NCBI GenBank assembly: GCA_009914755.4
Contig: CP086569.2
Location: forward strand, 15,712,001 to 15,776,000
Direction of reading: 5' to 3'
DNA: 64,000 nt
DNA from: the human T2T-CHM13v2.0 reference genome, Homo sapiens
Position numbers and translations under genes: made by a program. Below the pieces are notes generated by a model. It had not been told where the DNA came from and did no database searches. It was given only the letters and a program-made list of their open reading frames with translations. Of the stretch, positions 26,391-40,480 are shown piece after piece (within the stretch, counting starts at the first letter, position 1; the number at the start of each line of letters is the position of its first letter).

Positions 26391-27094
26391 CAGGAAAGCT
26401 CATTTATTGACCTAAATATAGTAGAAAATATACAAAAAACACACATACAACAGAGACTGCCAATATTCTACTGAGTGGATTCTCTTCAAACCATGGGAGA
26501 AAAGAAACAAAAGCATCCTAAATAGGTCCAAATATTGTGGCATCTTTTAATTTTCTCCTGTCTAATAATGTAACTATGGAAATCAATGGAGTATCATTCT
26601 GTTCTACCTGTGTGTGCCACCATCATCCACCCTGAGTTTCTTTAAACTGAATAGAAGAGCAACATGTGCATGTCACCCAGGGAGGGTCAATCTTCCCATG
26701 TGGAATGAGGCTCTCAGACTGCAGTGGCCCTGCCATGCATGAGCTGTACACAGTAATTCTGATAAGATCAGAGGACACGATTTTTGTTTGTTTGTTTGGT
26801 TGGTTGGTTTTTTTGGCAAACATATAGCATGTTAGCATGTTTTTGAAGTGGAAAATGTATCATCTGGATATCAACTTTCCAAAATCAGACTGTGTAGATT
26901 TGGTCTGAGAATGGCTACCAGGAGGAGAACAGAGGAGGGACCAACAGTTGTTGGAGATGCTCGTCTATCACTGAAAGGTTCTTTCCTGCATGAAGAAATG
27001 ATTTAAATCAAATTCATATTTTTTTTCTAAGTAAACCTTGTTTATTAGTTAGCTTGGGCTGCTGTTACCAGAGTGCCAAAATCTGTATGGCTGT

Positions 27095-27210
27095 GCCGGG
27101 CAGAGTGGCTTATGCCTGTAACCCCAGCACTTTGGGAGGCCAAGGCCGGAGGACTGCCTAAGGAGGTCAAGAGTTTAAGACAACCCTGGGCAACATAGTG
27201 AGAGTCTGTC
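27095..27210 (+). mobile_element. Alu left-monomer fragment (FLAM-like)
   Basis: GGGCAGAGTGGCTTATGCCTGTAACCCCAGCACTTTGGGAGGCCAAGGCCGGAGGACTGCCTAAGGAGGTCAAGAGTTTAAGACAACCCTGGGCAACATAGTGAGA. Confidence 0.8.
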
Positions 27211-27235
27211 TCTACAAAACAAATGATGCCCCACA

Positions 27236-28155
27236 AGCCGCAAAAACCAGCAAGTTTTTATTAGGGATTTTCAAAAGGGGAGGGAGTGTGCAAATAGGTG
27301 TGGGTCACAGACATCAAGTACTTTACAAGGTAATGGAATATCACAAGGCAAATGGAGGCAGGGTGAGATCACAGGACCACGGCAGCGGGGCGAAATTAAA
27401 ATTGCTAATGAAGTTTCGAGCACCATTGTCATTGACAACATCTTATCAGGAGACAGGGTTTTGAGAGCAACTGGTCTGACCAAATATTTATTAGGCAGGA
27501 ATTTCCTCTTCCTAATAAGCCTGGGAGCGCTATGGGAGACTGGGGTCTATTTCACCCCTACGGCCTCAACCATAAGAGATGGGCTCACCTAGGGGGGCTG
27601 TTTATAGGCCTATACTTCCAGGCGAGTATTCTCTTTCCCAGGGATGTTCCTTGCTGAGAAAAAGAATTCAGCAATATTTTTCCCATTTGCTTTTGAAAGA
27701 AGAGAAATATGGCTCTGTTCCGTCTGGCTCACTGGCAGTCAGAGTTTAAGGTTATCTCTCTTATTCCCTGAACAATTGCTGTTATCCTGTTCTTTTTTCA
27801 AGGTGCCCAGATTTCATATTGTTTAAACGCACATGTTCTACAATTTGTGCAGTTAATGCAATTATTACATGGTCTTGAGGCAACATACATCCTCATCAGC
27901 TGACAGGATTAAGAAATTAAAGTAAAGACAACATAGGAAATCACAAGCGTATTGATTGGGGAAGTGATAAGTGCCCATGAAATCTTTACAATTTATGTTT
28001 AGAGATTGCAGTAAAGGCAGGCATAAGAAATTATAAAAATATTAATTTGGGGAACAAATAAATGTCCATGAAATCTTCAGAATCCATGTTCTTCTGCCAT
28101 GGCTTCAGCCAGTCCCTCCGTTTGGTGTCCCTGACTTCCCACAACACTCAGTATT
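27236..28155 (-). mobile_element. Unclassified LTR-like or composite retroelement (antisense). It ends in an R-region-like AATAAA...CTTGCTGGTTTTTGCGGCTTGTGGGG and contains an internal ~80 bp duplication.
   Basis: Reverse complement reads ...CCCACACCTATTTGCACACTCCCTCCCCTTTGAAAATCCCTAATAAAAACTTGCTGGTTTTTGCGG. I cannot assign the family from memory. Confidence 0.35.
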
Positions 28156-28445
28156 AGGGTGGGAGTGATCCAATGTCCCAGGTGCCATCTGTTACCCCTT
28201 TCTTTGACTAGGAAAGGGAATTCCCTGACCCCTTGCACTTCCCAGGTGAGGCGATGCCTCGCCCTGCTTCAGCTCACACTTGGTGCGCTGCACCCACTGT
28301 CCTGTGACCACTGTCCGACACTCCCCAGTGAGATGAACCCGGTACCTCAGTTGGAAATGCAGAAATCACCCGTCTTCTACATCGCTCATGCTGGGAGCTG
28401 TAGACTGGAGCTGTTCCTATGCAGCCATCTTGGCTCCACCTACCA
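28155..28445 (-). mobile_element. L1 5'UTR fragment (antisense). The first ~290 bp of a primate L1 promoter region abuts the LTR-like element.
   Basis: Reverse complement GGTGGAGCCAAGATGGCTGCATAGGAACAGCTCCAGTCTACAGCTCCCAGCATGAGCGATGTAGAAGACGGGTGATTTCTGCATTTCCAACTGAGGTACCGGGTTCATCTCACTGGGGAGTG... matches the start of the L1PA 5'UTR consensus. Confidence 0.85.
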
Positions 28446-29789
28446 GTCTTCATATATTTTATAGAACCATTAAAACAATAGTGAAATCTAAATAATGCTG
28501 TTAAATTCTCATTAACTCCTCCTGACTCCCAAAGGCTATGATACTGAGGCTGGCTATGTCACTATTAAAAAAAAAAAAAAAGAAAAAAAAAGATACGAAA
28601 AGATAAAGGAAGTTAAATCATTTTATGAGGTGACTATTATCATGACTGGCATCAAATGGATGCTTTTACCAAGATATCATGAAAGTCTGAAAGAGCCGTG
28701 AGAATACCAGTGATCTCTCTGTTACTGAGTGCTTTTTAATGCCATGAATCTATTTCTTAAAGTCACCTGGTTTAGAGCCTGTGATTTCCACCCTGCATTT
28801 AGGGAGTACATTCACATTGCCATTTATGGTCTGTGTTGAGGGTGCTTCTAGCTTTTGTGAAGGCCCTGACATCACCGGAAGAGAGGAGGAAGGAAAAACC
28901 ACTAGAACCACCAGAGCAGAGATTCTCTGATGCTACTCAAATTAAAAACTTCAGATAGAGAGTTCACTGAGGTAATGAGAGCCTGAATGTCAGTCTGTCT
29001 GAAGTCTCTATTTTTGTTTCTTCCATCCATAGGAAACATCCCTGAAATAACAGAGTGTATTAATGCAGTGAGTTCTTTTGTTTCATTAGAAATGTATTAG
29101 AATGACTCAAATGATTCATCAAGGAAGTTACTCAGAACTTACATGTCATGTGAAATGCATGATGTGGATTCAAATATAAATGTTTTAAGTGATCACACTT
29201 GTTTGGCAGCCCTATAAGAGAAAGAAATGAGGAATTTCACTGTTGCTAGTTATTTGCTTATTGTAAACTGGATGGTGGCCTGATCCCTCCAGGGCAGAGA
29301 AAGATTCCCTGGTCGTCAGGTGCAGAGAACAAATGAAACTGATACCTGTAAGGAGAAAACATGGGATGTATCTCATCTGCTGTCATGGTGTGACCTGGCA
29401 AGTTTAACACCATTCTACAGAGCACACACTCAGACAATGACTCACAGAAAAGGAGAGGGTATTTCTGCATATCCTCACTGTTCCCTTCCAGCACTGGAGG
29501 TGACAAGAGGAAACAAGAATAGCTCCCAGCGTGTCTGTCAGTACACAGTGCTGTGGAGAGAGGATCACATTGTGCCAAGACATACTTCCCCACTCTCAGT
29601 GGTCATCATGTCATGTGTTTTAAACCTGCAGGCATAGCACAGTCTCCTGATGACAAATGTTTGTGGAGATGAAGTGGATGGTGCCTGGATGCTTCTTTAC
29701 AGACATCTCAAAGCAGATGGTTCTGATTCTTACTATGAGTTTAAAAGTACATATACCTGGTATGCATATACCTTTGGAATTTGGATGAT

Positions 29790-30430
29790 CACAGAAAAAT
29801 GATGTTGGAATGTGCATGTCAGGAAAAATTAGGAAGGGAGGATGAAGGGACTGAAGGAAGGAGAGTTGTGATGAAGGAAAGAAGGGAAGGAGGGAGGAAG
29901 GAGGGAGGAGGGGTGGGAGGGAAAGAAGAGAGAGAGAGGAAGGGAGGGAAAGAAGGAAGGAAGAAGGAAGGGAGGGAATCAAGAAAGGAGTAAAGGAAGG
30001 GAGGAAGTAAGGAAAGAAAGAGGGAAGAGGGAGAAGAGAAATGAAAGATGTAAGAAGGGAAGGAAGGTGAAAGGAAGGAAGGGAGGAAGGAAGGGAGGAA
30101 GGAAGGAAGAAAAGAAGGAAGCAAAGAAAAGAAAGTGAGAGAAAAGAAAGAGAGGAAGGGAGGAGGAAGAAAGAAGAGAGGAAGGAAGGAAAGAGAGATT
30201 AGGGAGAGAGGCAAGGATAAAAATGGATGGAGACAAAAAAGAAGGAAGGGAGAGAGGAAGGAAGGAAGAGAGGGAGAAAAAAGAGGGAATGGAGGAGGAG
30301 AGGAAGAAAGGATTGAGGGAAGGGAGGGATGGGTAAGGGAAAGAAGAAAAACAGGGAAAGGGAGGGTGAGAGATAAAAGAGGGAAGGGAGTAGGGGAGGA
30401 AGGAAAGAAGGAGGGAGGGAGGGACAATTG
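29790..30430. repeat. About 640 bp polypurine (GGAA/GGGA)n low-complexity tract on the + strand
   Basis: ggaagggaggatgaagggactgaaggaagg...ggaaggaaggaaga... The ORFs 29620-30503 on both strands are artefacts. Confidence 0.95.
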
Positions 30431-31045
30431 GATCCTTGCTTACAAATCATGTCACCTGTATATTTTCATGTTAATATTAGGTAAGAGGGCCCTCCCATCT
30501 TAGAAAGGCAGATTCAGCAAGCACACACAGTAGAAATGAGAAGAAAGTTGCTGCAGAAGCTCTAAACCATGAAAGCCTTGATCAAGACAGGATGTTGAAA
30601 TCAGTGAATGTCAGGGCCTCAAATAATCCTTGCTATTTTTTAATTATTATTTTGAATAGGGAAGCAAGTGCCCAGGCCTGTGCCTGAGGGGGATTCTCCC
30701 CTGTAGCAAGGAGGTGTTTCAATGTTAGTCCAGGTCACGGGACTAAAATCATGCTTGAAGAGAACTGAGTAAGCCCAAACATGCAAAGCCATTGTAGAAA
30801 TAAGGTAGATTAAAACCATTTTTGTAAATGAGAAGCACCATCAAGCAAAAGTGAAAACTAACTCTGAGGTTTGAAAGGGGCTCTAGAGAATTAAACTTAT
30901 TTTCCTCTAAAATTATTTGGGAAATAGGAGAAAAGGGGTTTGTCTAAGCTGATCAATAAAATGCAGGTGCCCATTGATCCAGGATTCTCTCATTTTGAGC
31001 TCTATGTGGAAAGAGATCGGCAAAAAGGAGTGGGGGAACCTTGGT

Positions 31046-31348
31046 CTTTTTTTTTTTTTTCTTCCGAGACAGAGTCTTTCTGTGTCACACAGGCTGGAGT
31101 GTGGTGGTGCGATCTCATGTGATATCAGCTCACTGCAACCTCCGCCTCTGGGTTCAAGCAATTATCCTGTCTCAGCATCCCAAGTAGCTGGGATTACAAG
31201 CTCCCATCAGTGTACCCAGCTAATTTTATTTTTAGTAGAAACAGGGTTTCACCATGTTGTCCTGGTCTCAAACTTCTGACCTCATGATCTGTGCACCCCA
31301 GCCTCTCTAAGTGCTGGGATTATAGGCTTGAGCCACTGCGCCCAGCCA
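31046..31348 (-). mobile_element. Alu (antisense) with TSD CTTGGTCTTTTT
   Basis: TTTTTTTCTTCCGAGACAGAGTCTTTCTGTGTCACACAGGCTGGAGTGTGGTGG.... ACCTTGGTCTTTTT at 31036-31049 matches ATCTTGGTCTTTTT at 31350-31363. Confidence 0.9.
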
Positions 31349-32929
31349 AATCTTGGTCTTTTTATAAGATATGACAAAGAGCAGTGCTTTAAAGTAATCA
31401 AACAATACATTATAATATGTAATAGAAGAAGTTGTGTGCTATTGGAAGTCAGAAATGGGAAAAGAGTTTTGTAATGGAAAATCAGATCAACATGTATTTT
31501 CATTTTTTATGTTGTTGCACTGAGTCTGAGGCTTGTACATCAGATTGATTTCTATCTTTTTTGCATCAGACACCATCACTGCTGTTGAATGTTCTCTATT
31601 CTATCGATAATTTATATTCAACCATTGCTAAATCTGTTGAGGAAAAAAGAAGTCCCAATGAAGTGTTTAGCAGGGATTGGTTACAGAGAGTTGCAGCATA
31701 ATTCTAGTTGTAAAGGTGACCTTTAGTACCAAAAAGGGATTTTAAGCTGAATGAATGAACATCCTCCCCTGGTGTGGTGGAGGAGTCACTGAATGTATAA
31801 TAAACTAGTTTGCTAACAATGTTTTGGATATAAGGAAAACCTGTACTACTTAAAGGAACAGCTGAGAGTGTTCATGGATATTTTTAGAGAGATCATAGTA
31901 CTATATCCATCTCTAGCTAAAGAAATGAACAAGACCTTAGAAATGCACTTGAGTCTCTCCTGCCAAGATTACATCTCAAATAGAACAGGTGGAAATGGCT
32001 GTGTTAGGTGCTAGGGGATAAGGAGGAAGACAGGCATTGAGTCTTTTACTAGAGACACCAACTAGTGTTTCTATCCTCAGTCATTACAATCTTTAATTTT
32101 ACTCACAGGAATTTAAACATTTCTTATGCTGAATAAAAACTAAAAAAATAAAACACTGATATCACACATCTAGACCTCACTGTCTGCAGGGTTTGGTAAG
32201 GGAGAATGACGTGGGCTGTCATAATCTCCACAAGCTTATCAGTGCTTAAGAATTCTGGCTATGCATCCCTGAGATCTTTAATAGACAGATTACATCGGGC
32301 AGCAGCTCACTTATCTGGATTTCCCAAATCCTCTCCTTTATTCTTCAAGAATACATGTTTTTTATTTATTTTTTAAAGAACAGAATAAATGTTTTTTCTT
32401 TACCTTTCGAATATACCCTGAATCCTTCAAAAATTGCCTAATAGTCAACATGAACAGAATACTCCTTTTCCTAGATTCTCACTGCTTAGTAGATGAGATA
32501 GCCACACATCTAATAGACCCAATTTAGAAAAATTGGATCCATGAAAAAAACGAGGAATCTTCACTTCCATTTGTTTCTTTAGAACACTAAAAATTAATAA
32601 CAAATATTAGTACGAAGTTTTTCCTAAAATATTTATTCATTTATTTTTCTTTCAACACACATTAAGTAAAAATTTTATAATTATTTCAGAAGGCTTAAAG
32701 AAGCAAAAGAAACATGAGATGATAAAATGAATCCAGTGTTTTTTCAAAGCCGTATCAAAATGTATGCATAACAAATAAAAAGCAGTAGACTTTTCAAATA
32801 TATTTTTTATGAATAAATATGAGATCTCATGGTATTCAAACTTATGTGATTTTATATATATATTTGTTTTCACCCTCTTAGTAACGTGAAAGCACGGCAG
32901 TTAGTGTGCATTCAAGTAAAAGGTAGAGG

Positions 32930-33160
32930 TCAACATTCTTTTTCTTCTCTATTACATTATACATCTTATATCTGTATCTATAGATAGATATACATGTACA
33001 CATATGTACATATGTTATACATACATATATATACTGCATATAGTATATGGTTAGTATACAGTATAAACTCTGGTACACAGTATACTTATATATAGTATGT
33101 AATATACAGTATACCATTATATACTCTATAATGTACATAATATAGAATTATAGTATGTAC
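32930..33160. repeat. TA/CA-rich low-complexity sequence (tacatatg / tatacagtata)
   Basis: Direct reading. Confidence 0.85.
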
Positions 33161-34913
33161 TATGATACACAGTATATCACTCCATCACTCCCTAGTTCCC
33201 CCTCCCTTGCAATATTGTAGGTGTTCTAATTTTTATATTGGAAGAGAAGGGATAATATTTCCTGAATTCTTACCATATGTCAGACATTTTGTCATTATCT
33301 TTCAACCTTCATCACGTGTCTCCAAGCCTGATATTCTTATTCTCTATGTAGATGGGTAAGTTAAGGCCAACAGTGGCTGGAAAATTTGCTCAATATTTCA
33401 CAGCTGTTAATGAGCCAGAGCTTCAGAAATTTGAATACAGGGACATTATTTCCTTTACGACCACCACAGACTCAGATTGAGGGGAGAAAATCTTCCTTTA
33501 TCACATGTGGCATCTCTGAGTCAAGTATATTGTTCAAATCCTGCACAATATCTGACAATGACTAGACATATGCTCTTCCTTGGTCCTGTAGCCTTCTGCC
33601 ATACAGGTCAATATGCAATGGTTGGAGGCAACTTCACAAAAGTCCCCCTAAGGAGGAGTTACCTGGAGGATGGACTTTAGATTACACCTGGAACCATTGA
33701 TCAGGATGTTGCAACTCCCTGCCTGCCTGGGTCTGCACATTACATCTCAATGCTGAGTACTAACCATTAGATGACATTTTACCATGCACAATCTCAATTT
33801 TTTGTAACAATTAAACCTTAAGATGTAATTGGTTTTATAGCTTACTTTATCAACCATAAGGAAAGGTAGAAATGAGAATTTGGTATATTTGTTTTTTGAA
33901 GGGGAAGTGTTATCTTAAAAGGGTTAGTTGCAAAGATGTTTAAAGGCTCTATGCTTTATGAATTATCTCCAAATTTTTATGATTCTCCTTCTACCTCTGC
34001 CCACTTGTGCAAATAATAATAAGATAATTCTTCAGTGTATAGCTTCCAAGCACAATTTAGCATCTGCAGCAGCCCTCAGCTTGTTTCTGGGTGTCTTATT
34101 TATACTAAATATGTTAACCTTGGCGTAAATATATGTACCATTTTAACAAACTTCTTACAGCTGCTGTAATGTGCTTTCATCTTTTCTGGACTCTGTCTTC
34201 AAAAATTGTCCACGTGTGTATGTATTTCACTTTCAAATAGAGAGCAAACAAATGATGCATGTGTTGACTTGCAGCTTTTAATTATAAATCCTATTTTATT
34301 TTGAGTGTTAATATCAATTTTCATTGCTGTAACTGCAATATCTGTTCATTTACTTCAAATGCAATTATTGAGTAAGAAAGAGAATGCCCACTTGTTGAAA
34401 AATTCTTAATCAGAATTTCTCAGCCTGAGTACTGTTAACATTTGGGTCCAGATAACTTCTTTGCTGTGGGGGTCTCTCCAGTGCACCAGAGGGTGTTTAG
34501 TAGCATCCCTAACCTCCACCCTTCATAGGAACTGCCCTCTGTCTACAAAAACCAAAAATGTCTCCAGACCTTCCCAAATACCCCTCTGGGGCAAATCACT
34601 CCTGGATGAGTTTTGCAGTTCAGAAACAGTGAAACTTGAAATACTGAAATTTTTCCCAGAGACACTTAGTTTTCCTTTATTTTTGAAGATCATTTGATGC
34701 ATTAAAAAATAGTAAACATGTTATAAAAATTGAATAATGATGCTGTCAGGATTTATATTTAAAAGAAAAATAAGAGCAATTTTTAAAGGAAAAGACAACA
34801 TGATAGACATGCCTAGGATGAAAGCAGAATGTACCTTTGCTGCTTGGGTATTTTGTGCTCATTGATAAATATATATGAAGAGCAGATTGTAACTTCCTGA
34901 TTTATTGGTTTAA

Positions 34914-35825
<912 letters not shown>

Positions 35826-38500
35826 CTTTTCCCTATTTCCCCTCCTATCCCTCTGCCCCTACTGCTCAGCAATGTAAAAGAGACAAATAAGGAGAAAGAA
35901 AATCTCCAAACCAGGAATGTTTTTGTGCCACTGACTTTAGATAAAAATGCAAAAGGGCAGTCATCCTGTCCCAGCAGACCCTTCTCATTGGCATTTTCCA
36001 GTATTGTGAGATCAATTTCTGACCATATGAAATGTGAAAAGTATATGTTTCTGTTACAATACTGCTTTAAGATCTAAACCATGCCAACAGATGTTTCGTG
36101 TGACTAGGACATCACCATTTCAAGGAACTGTGTGTTTCCAACATCATGGTAGCAGCACACACTTCCAAAGCTCAGCCAGGGACACTTAATATTTTTTAAT
36201 TACAATGGAAATTTAAACATTTTTATGTGGGCTACACAATGGATGGCTCTTCTTAAGTGAAGAAAGACTCTATAGGCTTTTACACAGCACATGAAGCAGT
36301 AATCCAGAAAGAAGGAAATGCAGAATTTTATTATCAAAGTAAGCGAATTGACTGTGCAGAAAAATTGTAGGGTTCTGTGGAAGGAGGTATTCTGCCAGCC
36401 TGAACTATATTTAAGAAACTTTGTAAAAAATAAAAATGTATATAGCTGTGAGCTCAAACAAAAACTGCAGACAAACAAAAAAGAGAAAAGCTTTTATTTG
36501 TGTTTTCAGTTTGAAAGAACTTTTAGCAAGGTTGTGCTTTCAAACACATATTAGTCCTACCACCTTAGTTCCTCTACAGCAAAAGAGGCTTTTCTTCTTA
36601 ATTACATGTAAACAAAGACATGGGATTTTCTGACGTAAGATTTTCATTTGTAGGAATATGTGATGTCAAATGGAAGACTCAGAAGTTTTGTGTGGCCTAT
36701 TTCTCCCTGTCAGGTTGCACAGATGCATGTAGAGCATTCTTAGGAGACCATTGTTTTAGAAAACTTTGATTTGTACATGTTAGTTTTCATGAAATTGCAA
36801 CACAGAGATAGGTCCTAAAAGTGGAATGTATTTAAAACTTGTTGAATTAGACACACACACACAGACACACACAAAGAATCAGCAGAGAAAACAAAATACA
36901 AGTCCTGTTCTGTAGTTCTTGCCCTTTGAATATATTTGGGAAGAGTTGCTTCCTATTTCAGGACCCTGCCAAAAAAGAAGAAAGCTTGCCTTTGGTGGGG
37001 CTATGCCCCTTGGAGTAAATACAGCTCTGTGTTCCCTAGCAGCTGCCGGAGGATTTGGCTGATGAAGTACCTGCTCAGCTTAGCTAATCAGATTAAAGGA
37101 AGACATGTATGTCTTTTGTTTAAGCACCTAGTCCCTTATGTATCAGTAAACAGGTTTTTAAAAATCTTTTATGTCATTTATAGGATAAAACATATGCTTG
37201 TCTGAAAATATCACCTTTTGTGGATTTATCTGATCACCAAATAATAAATATTAAGAAGAATGGGGGAAAAAGGATAGAATATTAAAACTGCTTTGCATAG
37301 GTTTTTGGGGAAATTAGGATATCTTCACTGACAAGACACTGAATGGAATTTATTCACCCATTTTAAATTGGTTACTTGGGGATCAGAGATTTGTCTCTCC
37401 AACAGCTTGTGGTTTTCTTATTACTCATTTTCAGGAAAGTTTGTAGTATTACAAGGCAGAAGGAAACACAGTAGCAATGGTTGCTCTATATTTTGTCTTT
37501 CAAAGATTACTGCATTACCAAGAAACAGTAGCCAAAGATGTTTGAAGATCATGTCCCTTAGCTGCATTGTGGGTTATTCTAGAAATCCAATGTTAAATGC
37601 CTCTACTAAAGTGGGGATTCCCCATAAAAATTGTCCAGCTACCTGACTCTTTTGCAATAACAACTTTGATTACTGAATCCATACACTCAAACTATAGTGA
37701 TATATCAGTGTTTGGGAGTGACCTCTAGAAAAAAGAAAACTGTTTTTAGAAATACATAAAATCACTTCCAAATCCTGTTGCTTATGTTGGGTTAAATTTG
37801 AAAGCAATTCTCTATATATAAATATGTGAAATATTATGATCTGAACTTAGCACACATGAAGCAACATTTCTTTGCTACACAGAGGTGTCTTGGAAAGATT
37901 TCATTCCCAATTCATTTTTCATAGATCTATAATCAGGCAATTTCTGCAAGCAATGTATGACCCCACCTGAGCAACCACAAATAGGCTCTCCATGAAACTG
38001 CAAAGGAACTGATGTGTGGCATCCATGCTGGTTTTGTCTGTCTATAATATGAATTCAAGTATCTGTTCATATTTCCAATTGTCTCCTGCTAGCAATATGT
38101 GCCACAACATGACAGTCTTGTGACATCTTAAGGAAAAGAAGAGTTCCTGTTAAATGAATAGCTTTAGCTTTTACAGGGGATTATGATTAAAAGTGATTTA
38201 GTACATCTTACATGATATCTCATTTCTACGTGAAAAGAAGTTATAGAATCTTCATAGAGTTCCATGAGAAAAATATACTTGCTATTTATAGAAAACGAGA
38301 AAAAAGAAAAAAATGAGAAACAAGTAAGAAAAAATCCTTTCCTAGGCTTTTCCTTGATCTTCAGAGGCACACAGGGTTTAATGGTTCCTTAGGTTATTAT
38401 TTTGAGGTTTTGTTCTTTCTTTTGCCTTAAGTAATGACAGAAGATATATATGGCCAGACACATATGTATAAACTTTTCAGCAGCATTTTAATAATAAAAT
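35826..38500 (+). other. 3'UTR of the neuroligin-4 terminal exon. Extent is uncertain: several AATAAA-like signals (about 36425, 37240, 38483) but the true poly(A) site cannot be fixed from sequence alone.
   Basis: Contiguous with the stop codon. Unique, AT-rich and repeat-poor for about 2.5 kb. I recall NLGN4X having a multi-kb 3'UTR. Confidence 0.35.
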
Positions 38501-39329
38501 ATCACACTATTTTCTAATGCTTTGTACAAACAATTATGCATCTGTTCTTTCTTGGTAGGTGGAATATTTTATTTACTTTTGCCATTCTTTGAATGCCTTT
38601 TTCTTTGTAAATGCTACATGGTAGCTCTCACATAGGCTACAAATGGATAAATACATTTGGTAATGGGATGGTTTCTTTAGCTTTGGCCAGCTGCACAGTT
38701 GAGGAGGCTCTGCTGGCCTGATTTTGGAAAACCAAGCCCTGTTTGGTGAAGCTCCTGAGATGACACTGCCTGAAAATGAGTATTTGGTTGTGTTATTTCT
38801 ACCACTGTTCATTCTTGTGTCTCTGTGTTTTGATTTGTGTTCAACAAACTGATGCCTTAATGGTTTCAAATAGAAAGCCTTAGGTGAGTAAACCTTCTAG
38901 TGACAGTAAGAAATTCTACTGAATGAAACTCCAGAGGCAGAAAATCATTGTCATTCCAATGGGAGCTCAATTGTCAATTCCTTCCTGTGCATTCAGCCAT
39001 CACGAACTTATTTCACATTCACAGTAGCTCTAAGGGGCAGGCACCTGCATTACTCCCCTTTCATAATGGAAGATGTTCTGACTTTGAAACATGCCCCCTT
39101 GGACAGGAAAATTTGATGGATAACAGGATAGCATATCCTCATATCCCAATCTTTCACCAAGAAGTTATACAGCAAACACTTGTAAGTCAAGGTCTTGCAT
39201 GATAATCTTTGCTAAGTAGCAAGTAAAGAAATATAGCAAGGACCCAGACTCTTTGGAATATGTGAACTAAATCCTTCAGATGTTGTTGGCCTCAATCATG
39301 TTGTGAAGGCACACAGGAGAATACATACA

Positions 39330-40437
39330 CACACATATGCATATATGTATATATGTACATGTATGTGTACATTATATATGAGTATACATGTACCTATCCT
39401 ATATATGTATGTATGTATAGAGTCACAGACTGCATAATGTTTTGGACAAATATAGATCACATATATGATGATAGTGTCTTGAGATTAAAATACCATGTTT
39501 TTATTGTACCTTTTCAGTGTTCAGATATGTTTAGACAAACAAATGCTTATCATTGTGTTACAGTTGCCTAAGGTCTTCTCTCCAGTCACATGCTGTACAG
39601 GTTTGTAGACTGGAAGAACTAGGCTATACCATAGAGCCTAGGTGTGCTATAGGCTACACATCGGTTTTGTGTAAGTATACTACATGATGTTTGCACAATG
39701 ATGAAATTGCCTAACGAAACTTTTCTCAGAAACCTATTGATACATGACTGTGTATGTTTACATTATATATACTGTATATGCACACATGCATATATGCATA
39801 TATATGTTATACATTTACATATGTACATGGATATCACATACTTTAAATTCCTGAAGATGTCATTTTCATTAAATACATATGCACACACACTCATAAACAC
39901 ACACAGACTCATATATACACACAAATCTATAACACATTTGTGCTCACATATACATTCCTCTGTGTGTGTGTGTGTATTACATTACTGCTTTTTATCTGTG
40001 AAATCACATTCTGCAGTTTCATTTACTGTGATCAACTATGATCTAAAAATATATGAGTACTTCAATAAGATATTTTGAAAGAAACCACATTCACATAACA
40101 TTTATGACATTATAATTGTTCTATTTTATTAGCTATTGTTCATCTCTTACTCCATCTACTTTATAAATTAAGCTTCATAATAAGTGTGTATATTTAATAA
40201 AATATATAGTATATAAAGGGTTTGGTACTATCTGTGGTTTCAGGTATCCACTGGGAGTCTTGGAATGCATTCTTTTTGGAAAAGGAGCGTTACACTATAT
40301 ACTTACATATAGACACAGATGCATATATACACATACATAATTTACATATATAGACATATTCGCAGATATGAATGTACTTAAATCTCTAAGAATGGCACTT
40401 TTATTAAATGTACACAAATAAACATGTATACACATAC

Positions 40438-40472
<35 letters not shown>

Positions 40473-40480
40473 TTTAACTG
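39330..40480. repeat. Three patches of (CA)n/(TA)n/(TATG)n microsatellite-rich sequence (39330-39440, 39760-40000, 40290-40480)
   Basis: Direct reading. The ORFs 39353-40078 and 40295-40498 are artefacts. Confidence 0.85.

Noticed and set aside
29620-30503. ORFs up to 202 aa on both strands (poly-E/K/R/G on +, poly-S/L/P/F on -)
   Set aside because: These are translations of the (GGAA)n polypurine tract, not genes.
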